Below are positions 1 to 11,456 of a stretch of 64,000 nt of DNA, piece after piece. A program made the position numbers and the translations under genes. The DNA comes from Candidatus Bathyarchaeota archaeon (GTDB lineage Archaea; Thermoproteota; Bathyarchaeia; Bathyarchaeales; Bathycorpusculaceae): the NCBI GenBank assembly GCA_963775895.1, contig CAVZKL010000016.1:1-64000 (forward strand), written 5' to 3'. Numbering within the stretch: position 1 is the stretch's first letter; the number at the start of each line of letters is the position of its first letter. Below the pieces are notes generated by a model, which did not search any database, was not told where the DNA came from, and saw only the letters and a list, made by a program, of their open reading frames with translations.

Positions 1-561
1 TGTCGTAGAAGTATATGTTGTGGGTTGTGTCGATGTTGAAGACGTACTGTCCATGCCACAAGCTGAGCGTTATCGTCGACGTTCCGATGAGAGCGTCAAC
101 CGTCCACGTGAAATAGCCTGGGCTCAGGGTTATGACGTCACCCTGGTTGAAGCCGTCTCCCAACTCGTCAGTCCAGTTCACCACGGTGTAGGTTGTGGTT
201 CCGTCTGTCCATGTAGTACCAGTCGGGTCTCCACCGATGGCGACAGCTGACGTGTTAGTAACAGTCTTTGTTACCGACGTCAGTGTCGGAACGTTTGTCG
301 CTAGCTGCGGGATGAAGTCCCAGTACTGTTCTCCGTTGTAGGCGATCAGGTTCTGGTAGCTGTTGAATATCAGCTCTCCACTCGCGTGTCGTAAGCTATG
401 GCTGGGTCAGCGTCAACTGGTCCCCAGCCAATGTTTCCTTCCCAGAACGTGTTAGTGACGATCGGCGGTTGTCCAGCAGCACGTGTTAAAGGTGTGAAAG
501 CAGAAAACGTCAAAGCAAAAAGCGAAAGAAAAAGCAAAGAAAACAGCAAATATTTTCTCAT
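1..561 (-). CDS. ABC peptide/nickel substrate-binding protein (family 5), 5' part; frameshift near 386, runs off the window
   Basis: Signal peptide, then DADPAIAYDT; a shifted frame continues ASGELIFNSYQNLIAYNG, the typical OppA/DppA N-terminal motif. Confidence 0.75.
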
Positions 562-763
562 GTTTTCCTATTCTCCTCGAGGACATCTTTCTAGTAGCTC
601 TCTAATATGATTTGTGAAACAAAGTTCTTCTGGCGCAAGAAATTTTCACCCTAATGTGTCTGCATCAGATTCTTTATCATATAAAAAATTACGAAAGTCT
701 ATACGTTGCACGCTAGAGAAAATATACGCACACGCAATGATTTATTAGGTTTGCACAACACTC

Positions 764-994
764 ATGGTCTCAGGAATCATTATGGATGATAGTGTCCTCA
801 TTGGCACTTTGGGATTTGCCCTAGGCGGTGCAATTCTCTTCTTCGTAATCATCTTTGTTATCAACCAAGCACAGGTACCCAGTGTCAATATTACGCTTCT
901 CGCGAGCATCATGTCGTTTTTCGCTTTCTTTGGATTTTTGTTAATAGGGTTAGGCCTTAATTTCATATTCAAATCAGCTACAAAGAAACCCTAA
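764..994 (+). CDS. Small two-TM membrane protein
   Basis: Two hydrophobic segments and a basic tail. Confidence 0.55.
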   Translation: MVSGIIMDDSVLIGTLGFALGGAILFFVIIFVINQAQVPSVNITLLASIMSFFAFFGFLLIGLGLNFIFKSATKKP

Positions 995-1179
995 CACTCC
1001 TGAGAGAATAGCTCGCGCGCGTGTTATTCTGTGAAATCATTAGCAAGCGCGCGCGCTATAACTATGTTCCATTTCCCAAAATATCATTATAGGAAATAGA
1101 TAAAAGAAAACTCGGGGCAAACACTACTGGGCGCACGCCAAGAAATATCCAGCAGCATAAAACAAAAAGATGATAAAAG

Positions 1180-1317
1180 ATGAGTGACAGAAGATACAAC
1201 AGAAGTAAAAAGTACAGATGTCCATCGTGTAGTCTAGAATTCCAGAGTGAGGGAGTACCTAGACACTGTCCACGATGTCACTCTGTAATCGAGATTAAAG
1301 AAAATAATAGGAGATGA
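1180..1317 (+). CDS. 45-aa zinc-ribbon microprotein
   Basis: Manual translation MSDRRYNRSKKYRCPSCSLEFQSEGVPRHCPRCHSVIEIKENNRR; two CxxC motifs. Confidence 0.55.
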   Translation: MSDRRYNRSKKYRCPSCSLEFQSEGVPRHCPRCHSVIEIKENNRR

Positions 1318-1323
1318 TAGAGT

Positions 1324-1422
1324 TTGAGTGAGATGAATGTTCTCACAAGATTGCAGAACATTGAGGCAACGCTGGAGAGGATTAAGGCCAAACTCGACAG
1401 AATCAGTTCACGTTTGCCTTGA
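1324..1422 (+). CDS. 32-aa coiled-coil microprotein
   Basis: MSEMNVLTRLQNIEATLERIKAKLDRISSRLP; GGAG upstream; directly follows the zinc-ribbon ORF. Confidence 0.35.
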   Translation: MSEMNVLTRLQNIEATLERIKAKLDRISSRLP

Positions 1423-1930
1423 TTCTTAATAGATGTGCCAGGTGTCTTGATTTAGTGCGCGCAAAGAAAAAAGAAGGAGGTTTTGAGTTTTTAGTTCAGT
1501 TGTGAATCTATTTCATTTGTTTTAGCATTTTATAGTGCTTCTTCAAGGCTAGTTGCCAGTTTAATTTCATATGATTCATATGCACTTATAGCTAGAAACT
1601 CTGGCTCCATACCGAATTTTTCAAAGGCATCTAAACTTGGAGCTTCAGCCACCATCACGCTCAGATGTTCGCTATAGACACTTCAGCCGCCAAGGTTCCT
1701 TATGCGATGTTTCTTATTCAGTACATCAAGCTTGTTGTACCAAGCTATGTTTGCTTTTCTTGCTTTTTCGTTGAACATAGGGCAGTTTTCCGTTTCCGCG
1801 CGCGCCACCACATGAAAACTGAAGTGTTTGTCGGAAACTTAGTTCTGCACATTAGAACACTCTGTTCCAGTTTCAGAACATGATGAGACGTACCTGCGTC
1901 AAGTGCGCGCTCAGAGTCATGGTCTTTTCT

Positions 1931-2290
1931 TCAGGCACGGTGCCGTCTTTTCACAAGCAGAATGGCTGCAACCACTGCCATGATGATCAGGGCCACTGCA
2001 GCCGCCAAGTAGTAGATCATCGGCAGTCCTGAACTATTTAGCTCTGGTGTGGAAGACGGTGGAGGGGGACGTATACTGTACTTGTTTGGCTGCAGCAATG
2101 AAGAGTAGGGGTGGCAATCGATCCGCAAGATGCTCGCAGCAGTTGCTGCCTGAGCGGTGATAGCCAAATTGGGGTTAAAAGCAGTTACCGCTCGTGGATT
2201 ATCGGACCAAATGTGATTGAATGAAAACCCACTTGCGATCAAAACGGCGAGAATTGAAGTGATGAAGACCGCCCTGGTCTTCCTGCCCAT
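1931..2290 (-). CDS. Small secreted, C-terminally anchored protein (possibly an internally deleted remnant)
   Basis: Signal peptide, Pro/Ser linker, C-terminal TM and basic tail KRRHRA. Confidence 0.5.
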   Translation of the reverse strand: MGRKTRAVFITSILAVLIASGFSFNHIWSDNPRAVTAFNPNLAITAQAATAASILRIDCHPYSSLLQPNKYSIRPPPPSSTPELNSSGLPMIYYLAAAVALIIMAVVAAILLVKRRHRA

Positions 2291-2385
2291 TCTTTCAACC
2301 CAGAGTTATTCTCTGTCTTGAAACCATATAAGGATTGTCGCGTCCTTGAGAGTCTCAGCCGAGGGCCGAGGGTCAGCGTGCGCTT

Positions 2386-2764
2386 TCAAGCAGGTCTGAC
2401 TTGCTTTCGCTTCCCTATCACCTGACAAAGGTCTTGAATGGTCTTTTGAAAGATCTCCCTCTCTTTAGTGAGAATCTCGACAGAATTTGTGAGCCCCTGT
2501 CTCTCAATACGTAGGCTGTTCGTCTCTTCTTGAAGCCGCCAGATCCTTTGCTTGGACGTCCTCATCTCCTTTTTCAACTCTGCAACCTCCTTTCGAAGCG
2601 TCCCCACCTCGCCGGTCAAGACATTCATGTACGCCTGTAACTCGTCTCTCTGCTTCTGCAACTCTTTCAATTTGGATCTCCGAGTGAACCCGAAACCCAC
2701 GGTGAATTCCTCCGACGAAAAGACAAGACAGCACGAGATATAAGAATAGTGCGCTCACGTGCAT
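2386..2764 (-). CDS. Coiled-coil protein, probably with an N-terminal TM joined by a frameshift near 2705
   Basis: Heptad-rich ORF 2386-2700; hydrophobic LFLYLVLSCLFVGG upstream in another frame. Confidence 0.5.
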
Positions 2765-2840
2765 ATTTGGATCCTAATATTCACGATACATTGAAACCGA
2801 GGAGGGGAGGTACACATTGAGCTTTTTTTCAGCGAATAAA
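2761..2840 (+). repeat. 80-bp dispersed element, copy 1
   Basis: Reverse complement of 10850-10930 with 3 substitutions and 1 indel. Confidence 0.9.
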
Positions 2841-2995
2841 ACCTTCGAAGCGTTCCAGAAGAGTTACAAAGAAGAAAAATTGGAAAGGAGAGACCTGATT
2901 AAACGTACTTCTGTTCTTTGTCGCAGTACCATCTCTGATATTGCTGCATGTACCAATTAAACCGCCGCAGGTCGGACAGGTCGGCGTAGCGCGCG

Positions 2996-3310
2996 TTATT
3001 TCTTCCTTCGTTTTGATGCTGCCGTCTTTTCCTTAGCCATGCGAAGCTGCACGTCTTCCTGTATCATCTCAATGCTCCTCAAAACATCCGAATAAGACGT
3101 GGCCCCCGAGAAACAAATGACCGCGGCCGTCCCAACGATCATCTTTGTGTCGGGACCCAAAATCCCCCTCACCTCTTCCGGAATGTGCAACACGCCAGAT
3201 TCAAATCTTGCCATCAACGTCCTGAGTTCACCCAAACCCATTCCACCGATTCCATAATAATTCTCAGAACTATTCAAGTCTTGTCCCTCACTTCTTCCGT
3301 ATGCACGCAC
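2996..3310 (-). CDS. Small hypothetical protein, possibly AbrB-like (start may be near 3241)
   Basis: GVLHIPEEVRGILG resembles the AbrB/SpoVT motif. Confidence 0.4.
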   Translation of the reverse strand: MRAYGRSEGQDLNSSENYYGIGGMGLGELRTLMARFESGVLHIPEEVRGILGPDTKMIVGTAAVICFSGATSYSDVLRSIEMIQEDVQLRMAKEKTAASKRRKK

Positions 3311-3440
3311 AACAACCTGACTCGAAGGAGCGATTGACGTCTACATCCTAGATCACCGATAAACTATTATTTCGCAAACAGTCTACGTGGCTGTCTAGAC
3401 TCAAGCCCCTCAAAATCAGAAAAAAGATGAGGACACTAAC

Positions 3441-4189
3441 GTGGAACCAATAGACGTTGTGATGCTAACCAAAGACAGCGAACGTTTACTTCATAGATGC
3501 GTTGAATCGATCTACAAAAACGTTCCAGTGAAACGTCTAATAATCATCGATGGCACTTCCAAGGACAACACTCTCCAGATCCTGAAGAACTTCAACGATA
3601 AACATCATAACGTAGAGATAATCACCGAAAACGGTTCAAGAGCCCAAGCGAGACAAGTAGGAATACAGCACGTCAGAACACCCTGGTTTCTTTTCGTCGA
3701 CAGTGACGTGATACTGTGCAAGGACTGGGCCAGAAAAGCTGAAAGACAGATACGCACCGACGTCGGCGCAATCTGGGGATTAACATCGACGTCATTCCCA
3801 ACATGAACAATCGTCTAGCCCTAAGAGCATTGACCATGATCGCGGAAGAATGCTTCAAACTCAGAGGCGGAACCCACGACACGCTCATTCGTCGGGAACT
3901 CGTCGAAGATATCAAGATTCCGAAACAGCTCCACGCCTACGAAGACGCATACATCATCAACTGGATCAAGAAAAAAGGGTTCAGAGTCATATCAGGAGAC
4001 AAAATATACTGCCTGCATTACGGACCCTACGAAGACGCCACACTCAAACGAGGCCTATCCTCCGCAAAACTAGAGATCACCTGCGGAATCGTCTATTCTC
4101 ACAGTTTCAAGAATTTTCTCTATTACCCTTTCCTTGTGTTCTATTGGATGCTTCGATTTCAGAACAAAATCCTCAACCCATCATCGTGA
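3441..4189 (+). CDS. Glycosyltransferase family 2; frameshift near 3779
   Basis: IIIDGTSKDNT, FLFVDSD (DxD) and downstream YED motif split over two ORFs. Confidence 0.85.
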
Positions 4190-4349
4190 CAGAAATCGCG
4201 CTTGAACCGCGGCGCGCCCGCTCAACTTCGAAGTGCATGCGCGCTTTTTATGACCACAACCAAGTCTAATTCCCCTCGAAGGTCAGTGCACAAGCCTTAA
4301 ATTTTCGGTTATGCATAGCTCCAACCGAAGGGGGCTTGTTAACAGCACA

Positions 4350-4793
4350 TTGTCAGAAGATATAGTAATGTTCTTTGACAAACCACATTTCGTTGTCAAG
4401 CTTCACACATCTCTATTGAAGGTGGACTTGAAAGAGGGTTTCAAGAGAAAACTCGAGGAATTTGCGGAGTCTAATCCCCACTTGCGAGAGACAGTGGGGT
4501 TTCTCTTTCAAACAGTCATTCCATTGGATGTTCCTTTGAAGGACATAGACGCCGCAATCGTTGATCAGAAAGGACACGCTAAGGTAGTGATACCCAGAAG
4601 GCGAGACATCACTATCCCACTCGAACCAGATGAATCTAAAAGGCTCGTAGAGAAACTCAATGAGCTGATTCCAATTGAGAAGGCAAGAGCGGCAGAAGAG
4701 TTGCGAGATGCGCAAAAAGCCGAACGAGAATTTGAACCCACACGGGCAAAAATGGAATCAGAAGCATATCGAGAAAGATCAGGCCGAATCTGA
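4350..4793 (+). CDS. Hypothetical protein, paralog of 50653-51096
   Basis: Shares DKPHFxVKL, LLKVDLKEG, FQTxIPLDV, IPxRRDxTIP with 50653-51096. Confidence 0.75.
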   Translation: MSEDIVMFFDKPHFVVKLHTSLLKVDLKEGFKRKLEEFAESNPHLRETVGFLFQTVIPLDVPLKDIDAAIVDQKGHAKVVIPRRRDITIPLEPDESKRLVEKLNELIPIEKARAAEELRDAQKAEREFEPTRAKMESEAYRERSGRI

Positions 4794-4930
4794 ACACTCC
4801 CTTTTTTCAGCCTTGAACAGCACCCTGCATTGCATCAGCTTTTTACAGAAATACAGCTCACAACACAGTGGCCAGCAAAAGCTTAATGTCCCAACAAACC
4901 CATATCCACTGCTCTGGAGAACGCATACGC

Positions 4931-5221
4931 ATGGAAGACTTTGAGGAAAAATTCTTAAAACCAATCTTAAACGCCTGTGCTCCAGGAACTCTGGCCGCTT
5001 TAAGTTTAGCAGTGCTCCAGATCACTCTGAATATCCCCGTAGCCCTGAAAATCGTTCTCTTAACCGCATCATTAACGTTCACCTTATCAGCATTCTTCAT
5101 ATTCTTCTACACAATCTATCCAACCAGGAAAAAACTGTGGACACTAACGGCCATCACATTTCTGTCCGGACTTTTCTGCTCTCTACTTGCAGCAGTGCTG
5201 TTGTTCATTTCGCTAGACTAA
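4931..5221 (+). CDS. Small three-TM membrane protein
   Basis: Three hydrophobic helices. Confidence 0.6.
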   Translation: MEDFEEKFLKPILNACAPGTLAALSLAVLQITLNIPVALKIVLLTASLTFTLSAFFIFFYTIYPTRKKLWTLTAITFLSGLFCSLLAAVLLFISLD

Positions 5222-5469
5222 CGGACGCGATGATTAGAACTTCAATGGCGACATCTTCGACGGAACGAGTTCTCGCCTCCGATTTCTCATCTACAAGCCT
5301 GACCCACTCCGGATACGCCCTCAGCTTTCTTGTCATTCCCAACGTCCACGCAAGAATGTCGAATTCGGCACCTTCGGACGGCGTCAAATACGAGGCGTGC
5401 TGGTCCAAACTCAAACTGGGTTCAGTGAGCACAAACGTTTTTACTTCACTTTTCCATGCCTTACTGATA

Positions 5470-5907
5470 ATGCCAAAAAAGCTGCAAAACATCAACTATC
5501 CCAAGAATACACGTTTTTGCTGCACAAGGTGCACGTTGTGTTGTGGAGATTCCAGCAAAAAAGCCAGGCACATCGTCATGCTTGCCGAAGAAGCAAAGAG
5601 AATTTCCGAGAAGGTCCTTGAACCTGTTGTTCATTTCGCCCTCAGGATCGAAGGCCGCAGCCCCTACGTCTATGAGATGCGAAAGAATGAAATTGGCAAG
5701 TGTGTTTTTCTGAATAAAGACACGTGCACAATATACTCTTTCAGGCCACTCGTCTGTCGGTTCTACCCTTTCGAGTTGAGACCTGAAGAAAAACATGAAC
5801 ATGTCTTTTCATTCACGGACGAGTGCCCAGGAATAGGCAAAGGAAAACGAATGACGCGAAGGCATTTCATGGAGCTCTTGAGACAAGCCAAAGATCAACT
5901 CGGCTGA
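5470..5907 (+). CDS. YkgJ-family cysteine-cluster (Zn/Fe-chelating) protein
   Basis: CTRCTLCC, CVFL, CTIY..RPLVCRFYPF, CPG. Confidence 0.85.
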   Translation: MPKKLQNINYPKNTRFCCTRCTLCCGDSSKKARHIVMLAEEAKRISEKVLEPVVHFALRIEGRSPYVYEMRKNEIGKCVFLNKDTCTIYSFRPLVCRFYPFELRPEEKHEHVFSFTDECPGIGKGKRMTRRHFMELLRQAKDQLG

Positions 5908-5987
5908 CATCTGAGGGTGCCGAGTTCATCTCCGTTTGCCTGCTTTTAGACTTCTAAACCTTGACCTGCGGGATCCAGACGCCGCCC

Positions 5988-6308
5988 TCAAGAGGATTTA
6001 TGAGACGTTTTAATCGTGTTAAGTGTGGTCGTCCTTACGGAAACTGAGGTTGGCGAACTGCCCACCATCGGGCGTTTTTGCAGGTGCCTGTGCCCACAGC
6101 CGCATTCGAACCCGATTGTTCGGCCGTCGCGCGTGATCTGTCTCCATTTTTTGCTGCCGCATTTCACGTTCTGTCGGTGGATTGCCCAGAGCTGTCTGGC
6201 TTCTACGGGTGTCAGCGGAGCGAAACGTTTTGCTCTCGTCGAGAACCACACGATATAGACTATGAAACATGCCCATGTTGCCGGCGCGATTATCCACAGG
6301 TTGGACAT
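5988..6308 (-). CDS. Membrane-anchored small zinc-binding hypothetical protein
   Basis: N-terminal TM; H...C and CGCG motifs. Confidence 0.55.
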   Translation of the reverse strand: MSNLWIIAPATWACFIVYIVWFSTRAKRFAPLTPVEARQLWAIHRQNVKCGSKKWRQITRDGRTIGFECGCGHRHLQKRPMVGSSPTSVSVRTTTLNTIKTSHKSS

Positions 6309-6436
6309 GAATATTTCCATCATGTTTTTCACCATATGTATTTGTGTTCTGCACCGATACAATATGTCTGGAACAGGACATATCAAATTATAGAATATGC
6401 TATCTTACGATATAAACGTTTTGGATGCGCACGCGA

Positions 6437-6901
6437 TTAGAACTGCTGAAGAACGTCTTTCTTCTCGACAATGTAACCACAGTAATGGCATTTCAAGGAG
6501 AGGGGTTCTTCAGAATCAACGTAGAACTTGGGCTTAACGGGTTCATTGCTATTGCTTATGCAAGCCGGGTTCGTGCACTTGATAATGCCCTCGATGACCT
6601 TGGGTAACTTCACTTCCTCCTTTTTCACTACCTTATAGTCACGAATTATGTTTATGCTTGCGTGCGGCGCGATCAGAGCAATCTTGTGCACTTCTTGGGG
6701 TTTGAGTTCTCGACCTTCAATTTTGACGATATCCTTCCTCTTGAGACGTTTGCTCGGTACGTTCATGGCTATCGTGATAGGGCTCTCTTCTTTACCGGTT
6801 ATTCCCAGGATTTTCACCACGTCTAGCGCGTGTCCACTTGTAATATGGTCAATGACAGTTCCATTCTTGATTTTTGAAACACGCAACTCAGTTTCCATCA
6901 T
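6437..6901 (-). CDS. pyrI: Aspartate carbamoyltransferase regulatory subunit
   Basis: VSKIKNGTVIDHI, CTNPACIS, CHYC. Confidence 0.97.
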   Translation of the reverse strand: MMETELRVSKIKNGTVIDHITSGHALDVVKILGITGKEESPITIAMNVPSKRLKRKDIVKIEGRELKPQEVHKIALIAPHASINIIRDYKVVKKEEVKLPKVIEGIIKCTNPACISNSNEPVKPKFYVDSEEPLSLKCHYCGYIVEKKDVLQQF

Positions 6902-7046
6902 CTGGAAATTCCTCTCTCCGGACAAGCCTTATGCGGTGCACGCAGATAAAAAACTTCACCCTGTCAACAACTTCTTCAAAGTGCGTTCTGCGAAGGTTAT
7001 GGCTAACGCTTATTAGGAGTAGTTGAAGATTTTCCGTTGAGGCGAC

Positions 7047-7517
7047 ATGATGGTTCGAAAGAAGAGCTGGTCAGAAAAATTGGCGGACAGGAAGGACCTG
7101 CCAAGAGTTGAAAAAATCAACGCCAAAATGAGCACGCACTGGGGAACGGGCACGATAGTCATTCCAGCTCCGAGAGAAGTCGACGAGATCATGAGAAAAG
7201 TGCCCGAGGGGAAAGTGACGACAATAAACGAAATTCGCGCTGCTCTGGCGAGAAAACACAACGCTACCATTGGCTGTCCCATCACCACAGGGATTTTCGC
7301 ACGAATTGCGGCGGGAGCAGCAGAAGAACAAAAAGCAAAGAGGGCGGACATTACGCCCTATTGGCGAACGCTTAAGGCCTGCGGGGAAATAAACGCGAAA
7401 TATCCGGGAGGAGTCGATGGTCAGAAAAGGATTCTGGAGAAGGAAGGACACAAGATGGCTCGGAAGGGCAAGAAATACGTTGTAGTAGACTTCGAAAAGT
7501 CATTGGCTAGAATCTGA
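7047..7517 (+). CDS. MGMT-family / alkyltransferase-like DNA-binding protein
   Basis: VPEGKVTT HTH; PYWR in place of PCHR. Confidence 0.8.
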   Translation: MMVRKKSWSEKLADRKDLPRVEKINAKMSTHWGTGTIVIPAPREVDEIMRKVPEGKVTTINEIRAALARKHNATIGCPITTGIFARIAAGAAEEQKAKRADITPYWRTLKACGEINAKYPGGVDGQKRILEKEGHKMARKGKKYVVVDFEKSLARI

Positions 7518-7585
7518 CCAAAGAGCGATGTCACGCGCGCTTCCTCAATAGCAGGTTTGCACGTTGACAAATTCTTATCTAGTAG

Positions 7586-8533
<948 letters not shown>

Positions 8534-8548
8534 GGCGCTTGTCGGATT

Positions 8549-10750
8549 TCAGGTTCCTGCGAAACGGTCAAAAAAGACAAGGGTTCCTGTCGCTTCGCAC
8601 GAGGGGCATTTGCGCAGCAAACCGTACCAGCTTTTCCTGCAATGCACGCAGTACGTGAGTCTGCGTTCGTAGGTGAAGAAGGCGACTTGATTTTCAGCGA
8701 GCTGTTTTGTTATCGTTACAAGTTCGTCTGTTTCAATCTCGGCATCGCCAAGTCCGATCACGGTGAGGCTTCCGCCTTCGCTCAGTTCTGTGGTTTTTGT
8801 GTTGAAAGCCACAGGCTCGGTGAGCTTTCCTGCGCTGAGGGTTGACCTGTTCGTTGTTGAGTAGAAAGGTTTTTCCCTTGAGCCTGAAACTCTCACTTTT
8901 GCGATACCGTATTTCTCGACATCAGCTTGTGCGAGTCTTTCTCCAGCGTCATCGTTAAATAGCAATGCGGAAGAGACGCGTTTTCCTCGTCTCTTTCCGA
9001 TCTTGTGAATGTAGTTTGAGACGTTCTGTCCCACTTCTGAGGCGAAAGCAAGGGTTTTCTCTGGGTTTAGGTTTCCTTCACAGAATGCTTCCGCGGCTTC
9101 TCTGAGTCCCGCAAGGTTTACTATTCGGGAGCACTTGTCCAATCTGAAGTATTGGTCGCCGTTCTCACCTTGCATTATGAATGGGAGCAGGTTTGGCCTC
9201 GGTGTCTCACGAATGTGTACTTGATTTCTAGGGCTCGGTTTGCCATTTCTGTTTTTTCTTTCAGGGTCTCGAGGAACTTTGTCTTGTCCTTCCCTGCTTC
9301 GTAGGCAACGCGTGGCAGGTTCACTGTTACCGTGCCCAGTAACCCCGTGCGCAGAGTGTCTGTTTCCCAGTCGCCGTCTGGGTCTGGGCTCAGCCGAAAG
9401 CCTGATGGGGAAAAGGTGTCGTGGGTTTGCTCTTTCTTGAGTAGGTTGGCAAATGAAACGATGCCCGTGTCTGAGGCGAGTTTGTGTGCTTTCAGTAGCA
9501 GGGCTTTTGCTCTTTCGTCTGTGAATGTTTCGGGACGAATCTTCACGGTAAGGCTTAGGCCAGTGAGCGGTTTGCGTGTTCTTTCTTCATCGAGAACTTC
9601 GAGCAACAGGCTTGCTAGCAATTGAGCTTGTTCTTTGAAGTCTTTGTACGCTCCGACGCGTTTTCCGAGGGCGCCGATTGCGGGTTTTTTTTCTAGGAAG
9701 TTGGGTGGAGTTAGTTCGAGGCCGAGTGAGACTTTTGTGTGTCGAGTCAGGTTGGACGTGAGGAGGCGCAGTAGTTGTTTGATTTTGGTGGGTTCGACGT
9801 TTTTGGCGAAGGGGGACAGGAAGACGTTGAAGTAGTCGACTGTTTGTGTGTTGTCGACTTCTCTGGCGGTGTAGAGTAGTGCGTTGAGGGTGAGGTCAAT
9901 GGCGTGTTCGAGGTCTTGCGGTGGTGGGTACGATTGAAGGTTGGGGTTGATTTCTTCGAGGTTTAGGCCTTTTTCTATGAAGAATCTGAGGTCGTGCATT
10001 ATCTCGCTTGGTCTTAGGATCCAAGAGTCTAGGTTGTCGATGTGCAGTGCTCCTGACAGGTGTGCGTCTGAGATGTCTCTTGGGAGGATGTTGAGCAGCG
10101 TGTATTCCTTGAACACGGTTTGTCCGGCAAGTTCTTGGACTGAGGGTGTTGCTTGGAGGTTTTTGTTCTTTGATTCGATAAGGTTGGTTACGTCGTGGAC
10201 GGGGATGCCGAGCCTCGTCAGTTTGTGTCGGTACTCTTCGAGGCCGTTTTCTATCAGGATGGTGTTTACGACTTCTCGCACGAGGGGGGCGGTGAGGTAT
10301 TTGGTTTTTGAGCGGGTGAGTTGTTTTTCTGCTTCTTTGGCGATTTTTTGTGCGAGTTCTGCGGGCATTTTCGCTTCTTTTATGAGTGAGTTGGCGATTT
10401 TGTTCGTGTCGAATTCTTCGAGTGCGAGGCGGCTGGTGCGGACGAGGGTGGTTTTGGTTTTGAGGGCTTTTTTGTCTATGCGGTCTGCGACGTCGATGAC
10501 CATTTTGCCGAGTTCGGTGAGGAGGTATTTTCTCGTTTCGACGTCCGTTTCGGCTAGGTCTGCTTTTAGCAGGAATTTTAGGTGGTAGGCGAATCTTCCG
10601 GCGTCTCGGCTTGGGTTCATTTTTAGTTGGTTCATGAGTTCTGTGTAGGAGAGGGGTCCTGTCGAAGAGTAGGTTGAGTATTTGCAGTCTCAGGGGTGAG
10701 GAGACGGCTTTGAGCACTCTTACTCCGCGTACGCGTTGCTGTGTGGACAT
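8549..10750 (-). CDS. ArsR-type HTH + ATP-cone + class III ribonucleotide reductase-like protein lacking catalytic residues; frameshifts near 10655 and 9200
   Basis: Three ORFs join into one frame: LKAVSSPLRLQIL...YHLKFL (HTH), FDTNKIANSL (ATP cone), HDLRFF, VTVNLPRVAYEA, C-terminal CxxC..CPSC. Confidence 0.85.
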
Positions 10751-10849
10751 CCTTTCTCGCCAAACCCCTCGTAGTGATAAAGCGTATTATTGGCGGTGAG
10801 GGTTTAAAGCTGTTAGGGAATGCTGTTCTGTTCGGTTTGGTTGAGGGTG

Positions 10850-10930
10850 TTTATTCGCTGAAAAAAAGGTTATTGTGTACCTCACCCTCCTCGGTTTCAA
10901 TGTATCGTGAATATTAGGATCCAAATATGC
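10850..10930 (-). repeat. 81-bp dispersed element, copy 2 (inverted relative to copy 1)
   Basis: 77 of 81 positions match the reverse complement of 2761-2840. Confidence 0.9.
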
Positions 10931-11017
10931 TCGGGCTTTTGAATCATGAGTGATCTGAACACGTTTTTATTCTCCAGAGTGATCTTTGCTGGAAGTGTTG
11001 GTTGGAGTGATCTTACG

Positions 11018-11284
11018 ATGGGTCGGGGTGGTTTGTCAGATGAATGGGATGAGGCTTCAGGGTCCTGGGAAGATTTTGTTCGAGGGGGAAAGGACTACTA
11101 TCGCGATGAGATGAACAATCCTGCGATCTTCAAGGTGATTGGGAACGTCAGGAATGAGCGTGTCCTGGATTTGGCGTGCGGCGAAGGGTACAACACGAGG
11201 ATTTTGGCAAGGAAAGGAGCCGCGGTGGTGGAAGATTTGTCTTCTCTATCACTCATCCTTGTTTCGAGTACGGTGACACAGTGA
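11018..11284 (+). pseudogene. Truncated class I SAM methyltransferase
   Basis: VLDLACGEGY motif I, homology ends about 20 codons later. Confidence 0.7.
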
Positions 11285-11456
11285 AGCACGAGCATTTGCT
11301 AACCCTAGTCTGCTCTCAAGCCTAGTTGCCTACGCAACCATCGTCGTTCTCTCGACCGCCGTTCTCAGCGCAAAGAAACGCAAGAGAAAATAGGCTCGCT
11401 TTCTCCTTTTCTCTATACGACACCACGCAAGGATCGTACTGGAGGATCATTCGTAA

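Noticed and set aside
2761-2797. Orphan CRISPR repeat (37 nt ending ATTGAAAC)
   Set aside because: The following 40+ bp are also shared by both copies, so they are not spacers
5137-5469. N-terminal extension of the YkgJ ORF, or the opposite 5205-5495 ORF
   Set aside because: No recognisable motif on either strand, so the coding strand cannot be decided
9896-10650. Arg/Pro/His-rich 284-aa protein
   Set aside because: Out-of-frame read of the NrdD-like gene after the frameshift
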